Shown piece after piece: positions 12,931 through 25,264 of a stretch of DNA of 64,000 bases. Under the pieces are notes generated by a model that was not told where the DNA came from, ran no database searches, and worked only from the letters and a program-made list of their open reading frames with translations. A program made the translations under genes and the position numbers. The DNA comes from Octopus sinensis (lineage: Eukaryota), in assembly GCF_006345805.1 (NCBI RefSeq), contig NC_043004.1, positions 9,362,001 through 9,426,000 on the forward strand, given 5' to 3'. Within the stretch, counting starts at the first letter, position 1. The number at the start of each line of letters is the position of its first letter.

Positions 12931-13479
12931 GTGTATACGTTTGTATGTATGTATTCTGCATATTTATGTGTTTGTGTGTGTTTGCATGTGTGTGAGTGTG
13001 TACCTCTGCCTCCTTGTGTGTGCATGTTTGAGTGTGTTTGTGACTATGTACTGTATCTGTATGTATGCCTGTATATCTCCATATGTGTAGACGTGTGTCT
13101 TCATATGTGTCCTTGTGAGAAGTGAAGTGTGTGTGTATATGGTCAGGTGTTTCAGTCTTAATTTGTGGATGTGGCTGTTCATACAACCTATGTACCTATC
13201 CGTCTGTACGTCTATCTGTTTACTTTCATTTCCATAAGGCTACATACATGTGTATATACATACACACACACTTACACACACACAAACGTTCATCTATCTG
13301 CATAACAGCCCACTAACTATTCTACCTGTATAAAATATAATCTGTGGGTATGGGGGTGCATAAGCGCAGTCCTCATTACCGAGGGCTAAAAATATTCGCA
13401 TTACCATGTTTGTACAGACCATTTTCAATATAGCCGCAAATTTCAAAAAACGATCGAAATGAATAAGATTATAAGAATA

Positions 13480-13640
13480 TACAACGATATTGTAAAGTAT
13501 AATAGCCATCTCAATATGGCTAACCACAAAGGGGGGGGGGTGTTACTGTAGCTTTTTAGCCCCAGGAGATCATCGTCTCCAGCTGGCTTTAGGCACACTA
13601 TCTGTGCTCTTATGGTATTTGCAAAGGGAGGCCATCACTT
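13480..13640 (-). mobile_element. Repeat family B fragment (no hammerhead part)
   Basis: gccatctcaatatggctaaccac...gttactgtagcttttagccccaggagatcatcgtctccagctggc is shared with 33576-34296 and 38230-38515. Confidence 0.8.
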
Positions 13641-13891
13641 TCTCGTAAGCCTAATTTTTATTAATAAATGATAATAATATAAATGGGTAGCAAGCACAGC
13701 TTTGCTAGAAATCCAAGACGGCTCAAAAACCATGTAAGTTAGTTTTTACTATTTGCATTTTCTCTCGAATTCTCTAGTGTGTATCAGTGACAACTGTGGT
13801 TTTTGAATCGTTTTAACTCCTATTTCTAGTAAAGCGGGTGCTACCTAGTACCCTGCTTGTTATTATCTATTAATTGTAATATCTTTGTATG

Positions 13892-13950
<59 letters not shown>

Positions 13951-13992
13951 CAATATGTGTATATAAACACACACATATATAATGTATATATA

Positions 13993-15263
13993 CGGGAGAA
14001 CCCAAAAGAAACCAGAATTCTGCAATATTCTTTTATTCACTTAGTTTTACATGCTTACACTTTTATCGCCTTCGAAGTATTCTCCATTTGAAGCAATGCG
14101 TCGGTCCAGGTGCCTTTTCCACTATTCGGAGCAGTCCTAGAACTGTTGCAAAGTGAATTCTTTTAGTGCCTCAGCCGTTTAGTTCTTCACCTCTTCCACG
14201 TCTGCAAAACGTTTTCCATTAAGGACTTTTTTCATTCAGGGGAACAAAAAAAGTTGCAAGGAACAAGATCAGGTGAATTATAAGTAAATGGGGATGATGC
14301 CATTTCTGATTTAAAAAAAAAACTGTCTCACATCCAAGGTGGTGTGCGAAGGAGCATTATCGTGATGAAACCACCGCTCTCCAGTTTGCCACGGTCGGAA
14401 CGTCTTCGTTTCACCGAGTCTCGCAAACGCTTCAGACCTCCCCAAAAACAATAAATACTGTGTGGACATTTCCTTTCGCATCGATGAAACAAAACAGCAT
14501 CGTTTTAACATTGGACTTCACTTGGTGCGCTTTTGGAGGGGTATAGTGATATTGAATGCTTCCATTGACTTGATTGCTGCTTCGTTTCCGGGTCGGAGCC
14601 ATAGCACCAACTTTCGCCACCAGTGATGACTTTTAAAAAGAAGTTCGGATCGACTTCCAACTGTTCTTTCAGTTCACGACTCGCATTCAGTCTTCAGTGA
14701 TTTTCATCTTCCGTGAGCAAACGAGACACCCATTTTGCTGCAACTCATTTCAGTCACAATTCCTTGTTCAAAATTTGTTGGCAGGATTTCCAGGACTCCC
14801 CAGTCATGTCAATAAGTTCATCAATTGTTCGGCAACGGTCCTCCAAGATCAGTGCATGAATTTTCGTGATGTTTTCATTCGTTCGGGACGTCGATGGTTG
14901 CCCTGGACGAGGTTGGTTTTCAAGGGACACGTGACCATTTATGAAGTGTGGAAGCCACTATAAACTTGTGTTTTGCGCATGGCAGCGTCCTTGTAAGCTC
15001 TTTGAATCATGACAACTGTTTCGGCCGTCATTTTCTCCAGCACAAAACAAAGTTTCACGGAAGCACACTCTGTCCCTTCGTTTCGGCCATCGCAAAAGTC
15101 GACGAACAAGGGAGAATAACTGCAAAACAAAAACCACATGACAACGCCGGATGGCAGACTGAAGCCTGAGGGTCGCATCAAGTGGCTTCAAGCAGTGGAA
15201 GCCTGGGCTACAACGAGCTTGTCCCACAGAGAACGTTTCCGGTTACTTTTGGGTACCCCCTCG
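13993..15263 (-). mobile_element. Near full-length degraded mariner (DD34D-type) transposon
   Basis: TIRs (ta)cgggagaacccaaaagaaaccagaa / ttccggttacttttgggtaccccctcg. Transposase remnants CASVKLCFVLEKMTAETVVMIQRAY, KSNVKTMLFCFIDAKG, WFHHDNAPSH, SPDLVPCNFFLFP. Length 1.27 kb. Confidence 0.9.
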
Positions 15264-15279
15264 AACATATGTATGTGTG

Positions 15280-15327
<48 letters not shown>

Positions 15328-15614
15328 CCATTATTTAGGCAGAATGGAATACATATAAGATTCCAATACCTTGTGGAATTTACTCACAAGGGACTGGAAT
15401 CTTATACGTACATAGTTGCGGTTTTTTTTCCTTTGATATTTAAGTAGATGTGATATATCGGTTCCTTTGTTCTGGTTTCAAATAATCTCCTTAACCTTGA
15501 AAGCTAAACCCCTGCACACACACACATAAATACACACACTCACATACACGTGTGTCTGTGTCTATTTATGTGTGTGGGAATGTGTGACATTATGTGGTTA
15601 GAAATGCGGCTCTA

Positions 15615-15800
15615 GATATACAAATGCAATATCCCTGCATATCTCACATCTATTTTCATTCCTCCACTTCACTCCCTATTTCGTATCTTATCCAAATTTA
15701 AATATTGCTTAACCATCCTCTCACACCGTCTCCGATGAAGGGATATAATAAATATCCTGGAAACAGCTGTAAGACCTTCTATTTATAATTGATCTAAAAT
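15615..15800 (+). mobile_element. Repeat family A copy
   Basis: Reverse-complement homolog of 11735-11960 and 59066-59230. An extra family-A fragment in the opposite orientation lies at 15323-15400. Confidence 0.75.
15728..15775 (+). ncRNA. Minimal type I hammerhead-like motif, U4C core (family A)
   Basis: gtct-CCGATGA-a-gggatat-aataa-atatcct-g-GAAA-c-agct-g-TA-agac: helix I gtct/agac, helix II of 6-7 bp, helix III AC/GU with palindromic AGCU loop, GUA triplet. Confidence 0.6.
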
Positions 15801-16421
15801 CTTCACAGCCTTGTTTATTTTATCTCATTCGGAATATGTATATATCTATATATATATATGCAGTAATATCCCGATATACAAGCTAATTTGTTCTCGGAGA
15901 TCTCTCCTAAAACGAAAACTTGTACATCAGAGCAAAAACTTCCTATAGTAGCAATGTTATAAATTATATTATTCGTTCCCAGAAAAATATTTAACAAGTA
16001 AAGTTTATAATACTCGTAAATAAATGGAAATAAAACAACAGCAGAATGTGAAGGATAGTTTTCGTAAAGTAAAAAGCATGTCAAGATGATTTATAATAAA
16101 AAAATATCATTATTATAGCCCTGTTTTTTTAATGCCTTTCCCTTGCACAAGACACTCGCACATTATCATCAGCAGACGCGATCGCCGATTCACAAGCACT
16201 CGTAGACGCACTTGTAGATTTCTTTTTAAAAAATAAGTCTAGATTTGTTTGTTTAGAAGAAGGTTTTTGTCGCTCTCAATAAATGTCTCGGCAACACACA
16301 GAAGCATTTGTTATGTTAGCCGAAAGTTTTGCACGTCTTTCAAAATTTGGATCTTGTGCTTGAAAATAAAAATCCTAAACTCGGGTTCTCATAAAGCGAG
16401 TCCTCGTAAAGTGAGGCATTA

Positions 16422-16523
<102 letters not shown>

Positions 16524-16853
16524 GTATACATGTATATATATATATATATATATGCATATGTATATGTGTATATATATATACATAAATGCATACGCACAAA
16601 TATGCGCATTCATAATATATGTGTGTGTGTGCATAGTATACACACACAAACGCACGCACGCATATGGTGAGAGAGAGAAGGGGAGAGAAAGGAGACTATT
16701 ACTTACCAATTATGGGATGGTCTGAGGCATTGTTTATATCGACAAAATGTATTGCTGCTGCTGCTGCTGCTGTGGGGGTTGTGTGAGAAGAGAAGGAGAA
16801 GAAAGAGTTGGACCTTATGAAGGGAAATAATCAATCGCTTAACTCTGGTCATA

Positions 16854-16885
<32 letters not shown>

Positions 16886-17359
16886 ACACGTACACACACA
16901 TACACACAATCACACGTACACACATAAACCGAGAGAGAAAAAAATAAGCTGAAACTTAAGAGATATACAAACAGACAAACAGATAAATAAATAGATGAGC
17001 AAAGAGAGATAATAAATGAACAAACGGTATGACGGAAGAGAAGGAGAAAGAATGGAGGAGGGGGTGAGGAAGAATGGGAAGAGGAGAAGGTGGAGGGAAA
17101 GAGGGGGAGGCTTGGAAATAGGAATAGATGTGATAGAAGTGAAGCCTAGAAAGAAAATAAGTATGTAATTATGTGACTGACTCCCTGGAGCATCTCAGAG
17201 TTTGGAGTAAACATCAGTCAACGCAGACACATACACAGAGAGACCAATACACTTAGAGACATATGCAAACTCAGCTTCGCACTCATATACACACACAGAA
17301 AGAAAGATACATACAAATATATGCATGTATGTATGTGTGTATCTCTCTCTCTCTCTCTG

Positions 17360-17409
<50 letters not shown>

Positions 17410-17576
17410 TTAAGTCTTAAAATATAAAACCGGTTTTTGTCCTGTCTTGAATACTGGACATTACATACTGGCCGTAATCACATGATGTTACGTACTAATA
17501 CTCGCGCGCACTCACACAAGCCTATACACATACATCTTTATATTTGTAATCTATACATAATGAATATACATGCATG

Positions 17577-17612
<36 letters not shown>

Positions 17613-17624
17613 TATATATATATA

Positions 17625-20304
17625 ATCAACAATCAAGGAACGGCCATAATAGGCCATTCACCCACAGAAATAACAGCCAAAGCTTCAACCGCAAATAAAA
17701 GTCAATTCCGTAAACAGGAAAAATTTAAAAAACATTACCCTGTAATTTCTTATACGATGCACCGTTTCATCTGCTGTTTAATGGTAAACTAACCTGATTA
17801 AATTAAATCAAGCCAATCTTCCATAGGCCCTCAGATTCTTCAGTAAGAAATAGCCACAAGTCGGAACAGATATTTTCACGAGGCATCTCCGACCCTGCAA
17901 GGTAATATCTGACCTAAAATTTTCAAATCATCGCACTCGCGCCAAATTTATCGGCAGCAAATAAATATAAGCCGTCGATTCCATTACGGAATTAACCAGA
18001 AAATTCATAATTAATCAATATAGGGTGGCAAAAAGAATTTTGTAGAATTTTTTTGCCACCAGCGGCCTAGTGGGAAAAATTAAATAGTCATAGACCATTT
18101 TTAAGTTCAACATCAACAATCAAGGAACGGCCATAATAGGCCATTCACCCACTAGAAATGACAGCCAAAGCTTCAACCGCAAATAAAAGTCAATTCCGTA
18201 AACAGGAGAAAATTTAAAAAACATTTACCCTGTAATTTCTTATACGATGCACCGTTTCATCTGCTGTTTAATGGTAAACTAACCTGATTAAATTAAATCA
18301 AGCCAATCTTCCATAGGCCCTCAGATTCTTCAGTAAGAAATAGCCACAAGTCGGAACAGATATTTTAACGAGGCATCTCCGACCCTGCCAAGGTAATATC
18401 TGACCTAAAATTTTCAAATCATCGCACTCGCGCCAAATTTATCGGCAGCAAATAAATATAAGCCGTCGATTCCATTACGGAATTAACCAGAAATTCATAA
18501 TTAATCAATATAGGGTGGCAAAAAGAATTTTGTAGAATTTTTTTGCCACCAGCGGCCTAGTGGGAAAAATTAAATAGTCATAGACCATTTTTAAGTTCAA
18601 CATCAACAATCAAGGAACGGCCATAATAGGCCATTCACCCACTAGAAATAACAGCCAAAGCTTCAACCGCAAATAAAAGTCAATTCCGTAAACAGGAGAA
18701 AATTTAAAAAACATTTACCCTGTAATTTCTTATACGATGCACCGTTTCATCTGCTGTTTAATGGTAAACTGACCTGATTAAATTAAATCAAGCCAATCTT
18801 CCATAGGCCCTCAGATTCTTCAGTAAGAAATAGCCACAAGTCGGAACAGATATTTTCACGAGGCATCTCCGACCCTGCCAAGGTAATATCTGACCTAAAA
18901 TTTTCAAATCATCGCACTCGCGCCAAATTTATCGGCAGCAAATAAATATAAGCCGTCGATTCCATTACGGAATTAACCAGAAAATTCATAATTAATCAAT
19001 ATAGGGTGGCAAAAAGAATTTTGTAGAATTTTTTTGCCACCAGCGGCCTAGTGGGAAAAATTAAATAGTCATAGACCATTTTTAAGTTCAACATCAACAA
19101 TCAAGGAACGGCCATAATGTTTTTTAAATTTTCTCCTGTTTACGGAATTGACTTTTATTTGCGGTTGAAGCTTTGGCTGTTATTTCTAGTGGGTGAATGG
19201 CCTATTATGGCCGTTCCTTGATTGTTGATGTTGAACTTAAAAATGGTCTGTGACTATTTAATTTTTCCCACTAGGCCGCTGGTGGCAAAAAAATTCTACA
19301 AAATTCTTTTTGCCACCCTATATTGATTAATTATGAATTTTCTGGTTAATTCCGTAATGGAATCGACGGCTTATATTTATTTGCTGCCGATAAATTTGGC
19401 GCGAGTGCGATGATTTGAAAATTTTAGGTCAGATATTACCTTGGCAGGGTCGGAGATGCCTCGTGAAAATATCTGTTCCGACTGTGGCTATTTCTTACTG
19501 AAGAATCTGAGGGCCTATGGAAGATGGCTTGATTTAATTTAATCAGGTTAGTTTACCATTAAACAGCAGATGAAACGGTGCATCGTATAAGAAATTACAG
19601 GGTAAATGTCTTTTAAATTTTCTCCTGTTTACGGAATTGACTTTTATTTGCGGTTGAAGCTTTGGCTGTTATTTCTAGTGGGTGAATGGCCTATTATGGC
19701 CGTTCCTTGATTGTTGATGTTGAACTTAAAAATGGTCTATGACTATTTAATTTTTCCCACTAGGCCGCTGGTGGCAAAAAAATTCTACAAAATTCTTTTT
19801 GCCACCCTATATTGATTAATTATGAATTTTCTGGTTATTTCGTAATGGAATCGACGGCTTATATTTATTTGCTGCCGATAAATTTGGCGCGAGTGCGATG
19901 ATTTGAAAATTTTAGGTCAGATATTACCTTGGCAGGGTCGGAGATGCTCGTGAAAATATCTGTTCCGACTTGTGGCTATTTCTTACTGAAGAATCTGAGG
20001 GCCTATGGAAGATTGGCTTGATTTATTTAATCAGGTCAGTTTACCATTAAACAGCAGATGAAACGGTGCATCGTATAAGAAATTACAGGGTAAATGTTTT
20101 TTAAATTTTCTCCTGTTTACGGAATTGACTTTTATTTGCGGTTGAAGCTTTGGCTGTTATTTCTAGTGGGTGAATGGCCTATTATGGCCGTTCCTTGATT
20201 GTTGATGTTGAACTTAAAAATGGTCTATGACTATTTAATTTTTCCCACTAGGCCGCTGGTGGCAAAAAAATTCTACAAAATTCTTTTTGCCACCCTATAT
20301 TGAT

Positions 20305-20307
<3 letters not shown>
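17625..20307. repeat. ~490-bp tandem array with internal inversion: 3 forward units, then ~2.4 units inverted
   Basis: Unit anchor caacaatcaagg at 17627, 18114, 18604 and 19095. Orientation flips at 19118/19119. Units are near-identical (mostly single-base indels), and the array is bounded by (TA)n on both sides. Confidence 0.95.
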
Positions 20308-20367
<60 letters not shown>

Positions 20368-20443
20368 CGAAGATTAGAGGCTTCGAATGACCCGTCCGTT
20401 TTTTGTGTAGTCTATCTGAGTGTTTTGCGTCCTTGTCCCATTT

Positions 20444-20486
<43 letters not shown>

Positions 20487-20639
20487 TTTTTCTTTCTCTT
20501 CCGCCATACCGTTTGTTCATTTATTATCTCTTTGCCTATCTATTTATTTATCTGGTTGTCTGTTTGTATATCTCTTAAGCTTCAGCTTATTTTTTTCTCG
20601 ATATATATATAATAATATAATAATGAAATTATTGTATAC

Positions 20640-21880
20640 AGTGCTCAGGTGCACCACAACTTGTCAAAAAGTGCGTATTAAAGTATATGCAGTAATGTAC
20701 AAATGTCTGGAAAGCGAACAGTGTGTGAGTCAGATACATGCTTGCGTGTGTATGGAGGGGAGAAAATCAGGTGTAGTGTTACCGAATCTCAGGAAGCATG
20801 GAAGTTTTGAAGGATGCAGTGCTCCGACAACTAACAAATGATGCCAGCAGTTTGTTCCATGCTTCAGCAACTCTTAGCGTGAAAAAATGTTTCCGAAAGT
20901 CATGGGAGCTGTGCTGTTTTCTGACTTTGTAAACATGTCCACGGGTGTTTGAAAAGGTGCTCAGAGTTATTGTTTGTAAGATGATTAATAATTTTATGGA
21001 TGTCTGCCAAGTCAGCTGCCAGACGTCAGAGTTTCAATGTGTCCATGCCCAGGGAAGTAAGGTGTTCAGAGTATGGCAGATGCCTGATGGAGGGTATTCT
21101 CTTGGTTGCACGTCGCTGAACGGCTTCCAGACGATTAATATCCTGGACAAGATAGGGGTTCCAGACCGGTGATGCAAATTCCAGGTGAGGTCGTACCATA
21201 ACTATATAAAGCCGCAGATAGATAGCCGGAGAGCGGCTCACAAAGGACTTGGTGAGTGATGCTCAGGCTTCTTGGCAATTTTAGCGATGTGTTTTGTCCA
21301 ACGCAAATCGCTGTCGGCAATAACGCCCAGGTCACGCTCACACAAAGACTTTTTGAGATTAGTGTTGTGGAGGGAGTAAGTAGACGCTGGGTTCTTCCTC
21401 CCAAAATGCATGGTGGTACATTTGTCCACAGCCAGTTTGAGTTGCCAGTCCATGATCCACTGCTGCATTGTGTCCAGATCTGATTGCAATAGAGATCTAT
21501 AGTGTACAGGATCTAACCTCTTTATTTCGAGGTACAGCTTCATGTCATCTGCATATTTCAGCACTGTGGCATTCTTTAAGTTGGCATCTATGTCATTAAC
21601 ATATGCAACAAATAAAAAAGGGGGCCAAGAACAGATCCCTGTAGTATACCAGATGTCATCTCATAGGGTGAAGAGTGCTATCCTAGAACTGTGACAACCT
21701 CTTTTCGGCCGATAATAAAGGACTTCAACCAGTTATAGAGATCGTCTCTTACACCCAACGCAGAGAGTTTCACCATAAGCCTTTTGTGTGGCACAGAGTT
21801 AAAAGCCTAAGCAAAGTCCAGGTAAACAACATCCACCCAGGATCCGCGATCAGTGATTTGGGTAATGTTCTCATGAAACT
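20640..21880 (-). mobile_element. CR1-clade LINE, 3' half of ORF2 (reverse transcriptase), frameshifted
   Basis: VDVVYLDF.KAFNSVPHKRL, QGSVLGP, LKYADDMKLY, ERDLGVIADSDL, VRPHLEFASPVWNPYLVQDINRLEAVQRRATK. Confidence 0.95.
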
Positions 21881-22203
21881 CGAGTTGACTACAGCAGCTG
21901 GAGTAGGGAATAAAACGGTTGGGTCTCTTTTGGAGATGAGCACCACCAACGTTTACGACATCAACAACAGGGTGGAGGAGTCATGTTGTGGGTTAGTCTG
22001 AGTGGGGACAGACTTGCTGGCCAAGTCAGGATGCCTGAAGTGGTTCAAGTGACCACGAGCAGGCTGTTCCGTTGATTGTAACAGCTGGGACCCTCGTCGT
22101 CGTAACCGACGGAGTGCTCCTTATAGCTAATACAAACATAAATATTATAGCTAATACAAACAATCGTACCATAAGTGTACAAAACTATATCTTTAAAAAA
22201 TAG

Positions 22204-22900
22204 ATGTTTAGGAACTGCCACAGAGCAAGCATTTGGCACATGCTTGCAACCCATTTGGCAAGACGTAACTATCTGATTAGGGGTAAGAAATATGGTATAA
22301 TTGAAGTCATGTTTGCTATAGAAAACGTAGCAAAACAGCACTCAACAGCCCAGCTGAGAAACAGTGAATTTGTCCTGATTGCAACATACTTGGGACGGCG
22401 CGTCGCCGAGATAAAAAAATGCATGGAGATATCACCAGAAATGAACACTTGTTGGATTACCGAAGCCGTCCTCCACGACTTGGAAGATAAAAACAGAATC
22501 ATCGAAGTCGAGAAACAAGAAAAAAACAATTGAACTGGTCAGGAATTGCAAATCAAGAATTGCAAATAATGATCCAAATAAACCAAGACGTTTTGGAACA
22601 AATTCCTGCCAAACTCAGCCTTCCAGATGGCACTATGTTGAATGTCACAGTTGAGGGCAGAAGACGAACATGTTATCAATGCGGACAGAATAACTACCTG
22701 AAAGTCTTCTGCCCACAGCTAAAACAGAAGGAGGGCACTGCCCTCTTGATACAAGCACCACCCACACCACAACAACTGAAGCAACCCCAACTACAGAAGG
22801 AACACCCAACAACAAAAGCAACTCCGAGAAGAAACTCCAAGGAAAAGAAGCAGAGAGAGCTTCAGAAAACACACCACCACCACCTACAACGCAGTTCTTG
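22204..22900 (+). mobile_element. Tx1/L1-clade ORF1 (gag-like) fragment with zinc knuckle
   Basis: Two overlapping ORFs (22204-22533, 22530-22988) joined by a frameshift. VTVEGRRRTCYQCGQNNYLKVFCP is a CCHC-type knuckle with H>Y. Confidence 0.65.
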
Positions 22901-22926
22901 CCAGAGGAACAAAAGACATCAGCATA

Positions 22927-23905
22927 ACTTTACATGGTACATGCTCATACCAGTTCTCTGTTACTCCTTATTACTATTTACAGCGTAAGAGCCAATGAAG
23001 ATGCACACAAACTTTACCGTGGCGGCGATTGTATTCTTTTTGCGCAAGGCTCTCAGATTCACTTAACAAGTGGGTCCTATTCTCCACATTCTTTCCACAG
23101 AGTCCACATTTCTGGGTGTCAGGTGTTTTATAGATGTTATACTTCACCGAATTGGTCGCAAGAGCCTGGTCTTGTGCAGCAATGATCAGGCTTTCGGTGG
23201 TACGCTTCAAATCACCTCGCTCAGTCCTGTGTATTCCTTTCAAACTGTCCATGCATTCTCATTTCAAGGTTTTCATCACTATTTATCGAATAATCGTCAA
23301 ACGTTCTCCTTTCTCTCCTTATACAATTGTATATACTAATTAGTTCTCTGCCACCATTCTTTCCTTTCATATACAGTCTATTTACATTTATTTAAGGCGT
23401 AGCGCTCCATGCCGCAACATCAATTTTCTCGTCCTTCTATCCAGTGTTGATATTTCCTCATTACTCCATTTGAGGATGGACGCAGTATATCTGACCACCG
23501 CAAATGCTCAGTTATTCATTGCGGTAATCAAATGTTTGGCATTCACGTTGGATTTCAACTCCATCTTCACCCTTTTTTGAGACGCCAGGCCGCCCTTGAC
23601 TTTCATTTCTCTGTGTAGAATCTCATCCATCTCCAAAATCCCTAAATAACTATAGCCACTACCGTCGGGTTCATCCATGGTCTCTCATGATGGTAACTGC
23701 AATACTCTGCAGGATGTTTTATTCCCTCTTTTCATATTAAGTGCTGAGCATTTAGTAATCCCAAATTCCGTACCGATGTTCCTACCACACTTCTGGGCTG
23801 CTTTGGTTAAGCATTATATCTGGTTTTTAGATTTCTCAAAAAATGACACGTCATCCATATAACAGAAGATGGTTCAATGATGGGCCTTTCTTCCCATATC
23901 GGTAA
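22927..23905 (-). mobile_element. R4/Dong-type RLE LINE fragment A
   Basis: NHLLYMDD-like motif, IGTEFGITKC, YSYLGILE, TESLIIAAQDQAL, KC.LCGK..E..THLLS, KEYNRRH. Confidence 0.85.
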
Positions 23906-23910
23906 CCCAT

Positions 23911-23911
23911 C

Positions 23912-23981
<70 letters not shown>

Positions 23982-23990
23982 GTATTATTT
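23911..23990. repeat. (TTA)n microsatellite between R4/Dong fragments
   Basis: Pure TTA run. Confidence 0.95.
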
Positions 23991-24565
23991 ATTTTCTCTT
24001 TATCACAGCCTAATGCACCTACAATGATAGGAATTGTTTCTGTTTTTAGATTCCATATTCTAGTTACCTCTATTTCCAGGTCTTTGTATTTTTAAAGTTT
24101 CTCCATTTCTTTTGGAGACACGTTGTCATCTGCTGGTATTGATACATCAATTAGAAACCATTTTTTTCTTCATGATCTCTGACAACTATATCTGGTCTGC
24201 TGGCCTTAATTTCTCTATCTGTGTGTATTGGCATATCCCAGAGTATGGTTGCTTTCTGGTTTTCTGCGACCTTTTCTGGTGTGTGCCTATATCATTTTTT
24301 TCTGTTATATTCCATAATGTTGGCATAGCTTCCAGTGTATGTATGTAGGACCTAACTGTGTCGTGTCTGTGAATATATTCCTTCTTAGCCAGGACTGGCA
24401 GCCAGAGACAATATGATTTATTGTTTCTTGTCCATCTCCACATATTCTGCTGTTACTTGTTATATTTCTTTTCATTACATGTTTTTGATAATTTCTGGAG
24501 GGGAGGCTTTGGTCTTGTGCTGCAATTAAAAATCCCTCTGTCTCTGATTTGAGTCCTATTATCAT
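23991..24565 (-). mobile_element. R4/Dong-type RLE LINE fragment B (C-terminal CCHC + RLE)
   Basis: KSETEGFLIAAQDQSL...ICGDGQETINHIVSGC...IHWKLCQHYGI...WDMPIHTDREIKASRPDIVVRDHEEK. Confidence 0.9.
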
Positions 24566-24589
24566 CATTATTATTCTTATTATTCAGTA

Positions 24590-25150
24590 GTTTTATTTTT
24601 ATAGCGTGCTTTCACTTCACTACCGAGCACAGCTCTGTGTGCCTTAGGTATGTGCTGTGATTTGTTGTGATGCTCTGATGGTTTTTGTATGGAAAGTGTT
24701 CTGCGTAGGATGTGTGCAGTGCCTAGTAGTGCAATTTTATGTATGTTATATGTGTTTGTAAGTTCTGGTGTTTTGTTATGTATTTGTCTGAATATTTTTT
24801 TATCATGCCTAATGCACCTGCTATGATAGGAATTGTTTTTGTTTTTAGATTCCACATTCTGGTTACCTCTATTTCCAGGTCTTTGTATTTTTAAAGTTTC
24901 TCCATTTCTTTTAGAGACACGTTGTCATCTGCTGGTATTGATACATCAATTAGAAACCATTTTTTTCTTCATGATCTCTGACAACTATATCTGGTCTGCT
25001 GGCCGTAATTTCTCTATCTGTGTGTATCGGCATATCCCAGAGTATGGTTGCTTTCTCGTTTTCTGTGACCTTTTCTGGTGTGTGCCTATACCATCTTTTT
25101 TCTGTTGTTATTCCATAATGTTGGCATAGCTTCCAGTGTATGTAGGTTCC
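24590..25150 (-). mobile_element. R4/Dong-type RLE LINE fragment C with intact 3' end
   Basis: Close paralog of fragment B (24005-24340 vs 24800-25140). Continues through IALLGTAHILRRTLSIQ and a 3' UTR ending in TAA repeats. Confidence 0.9.
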
Positions 25151-25160
25151 AACTCTGTCA

Positions 25161-25203
<43 letters not shown>

Positions 25204-25221
25204 TTGATTATTATTATTATT

Positions 25222-25253
<32 letters not shown>

Positions 25254-25264
25254 TATTATGGTTT

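Noticed and set aside
13686-13853. Small degenerate inverted repeats here and at ~30163-30468
   Set aside because: Probably old MITEs, but TIR/TSD boundaries are not definable.
19495-19610. CTGAAGA and CAGATGA hammerhead-like cores in the 490-bp unit (minus strand)
   Set aside because: No correctly placed GAAA, helix III or closing helix I.
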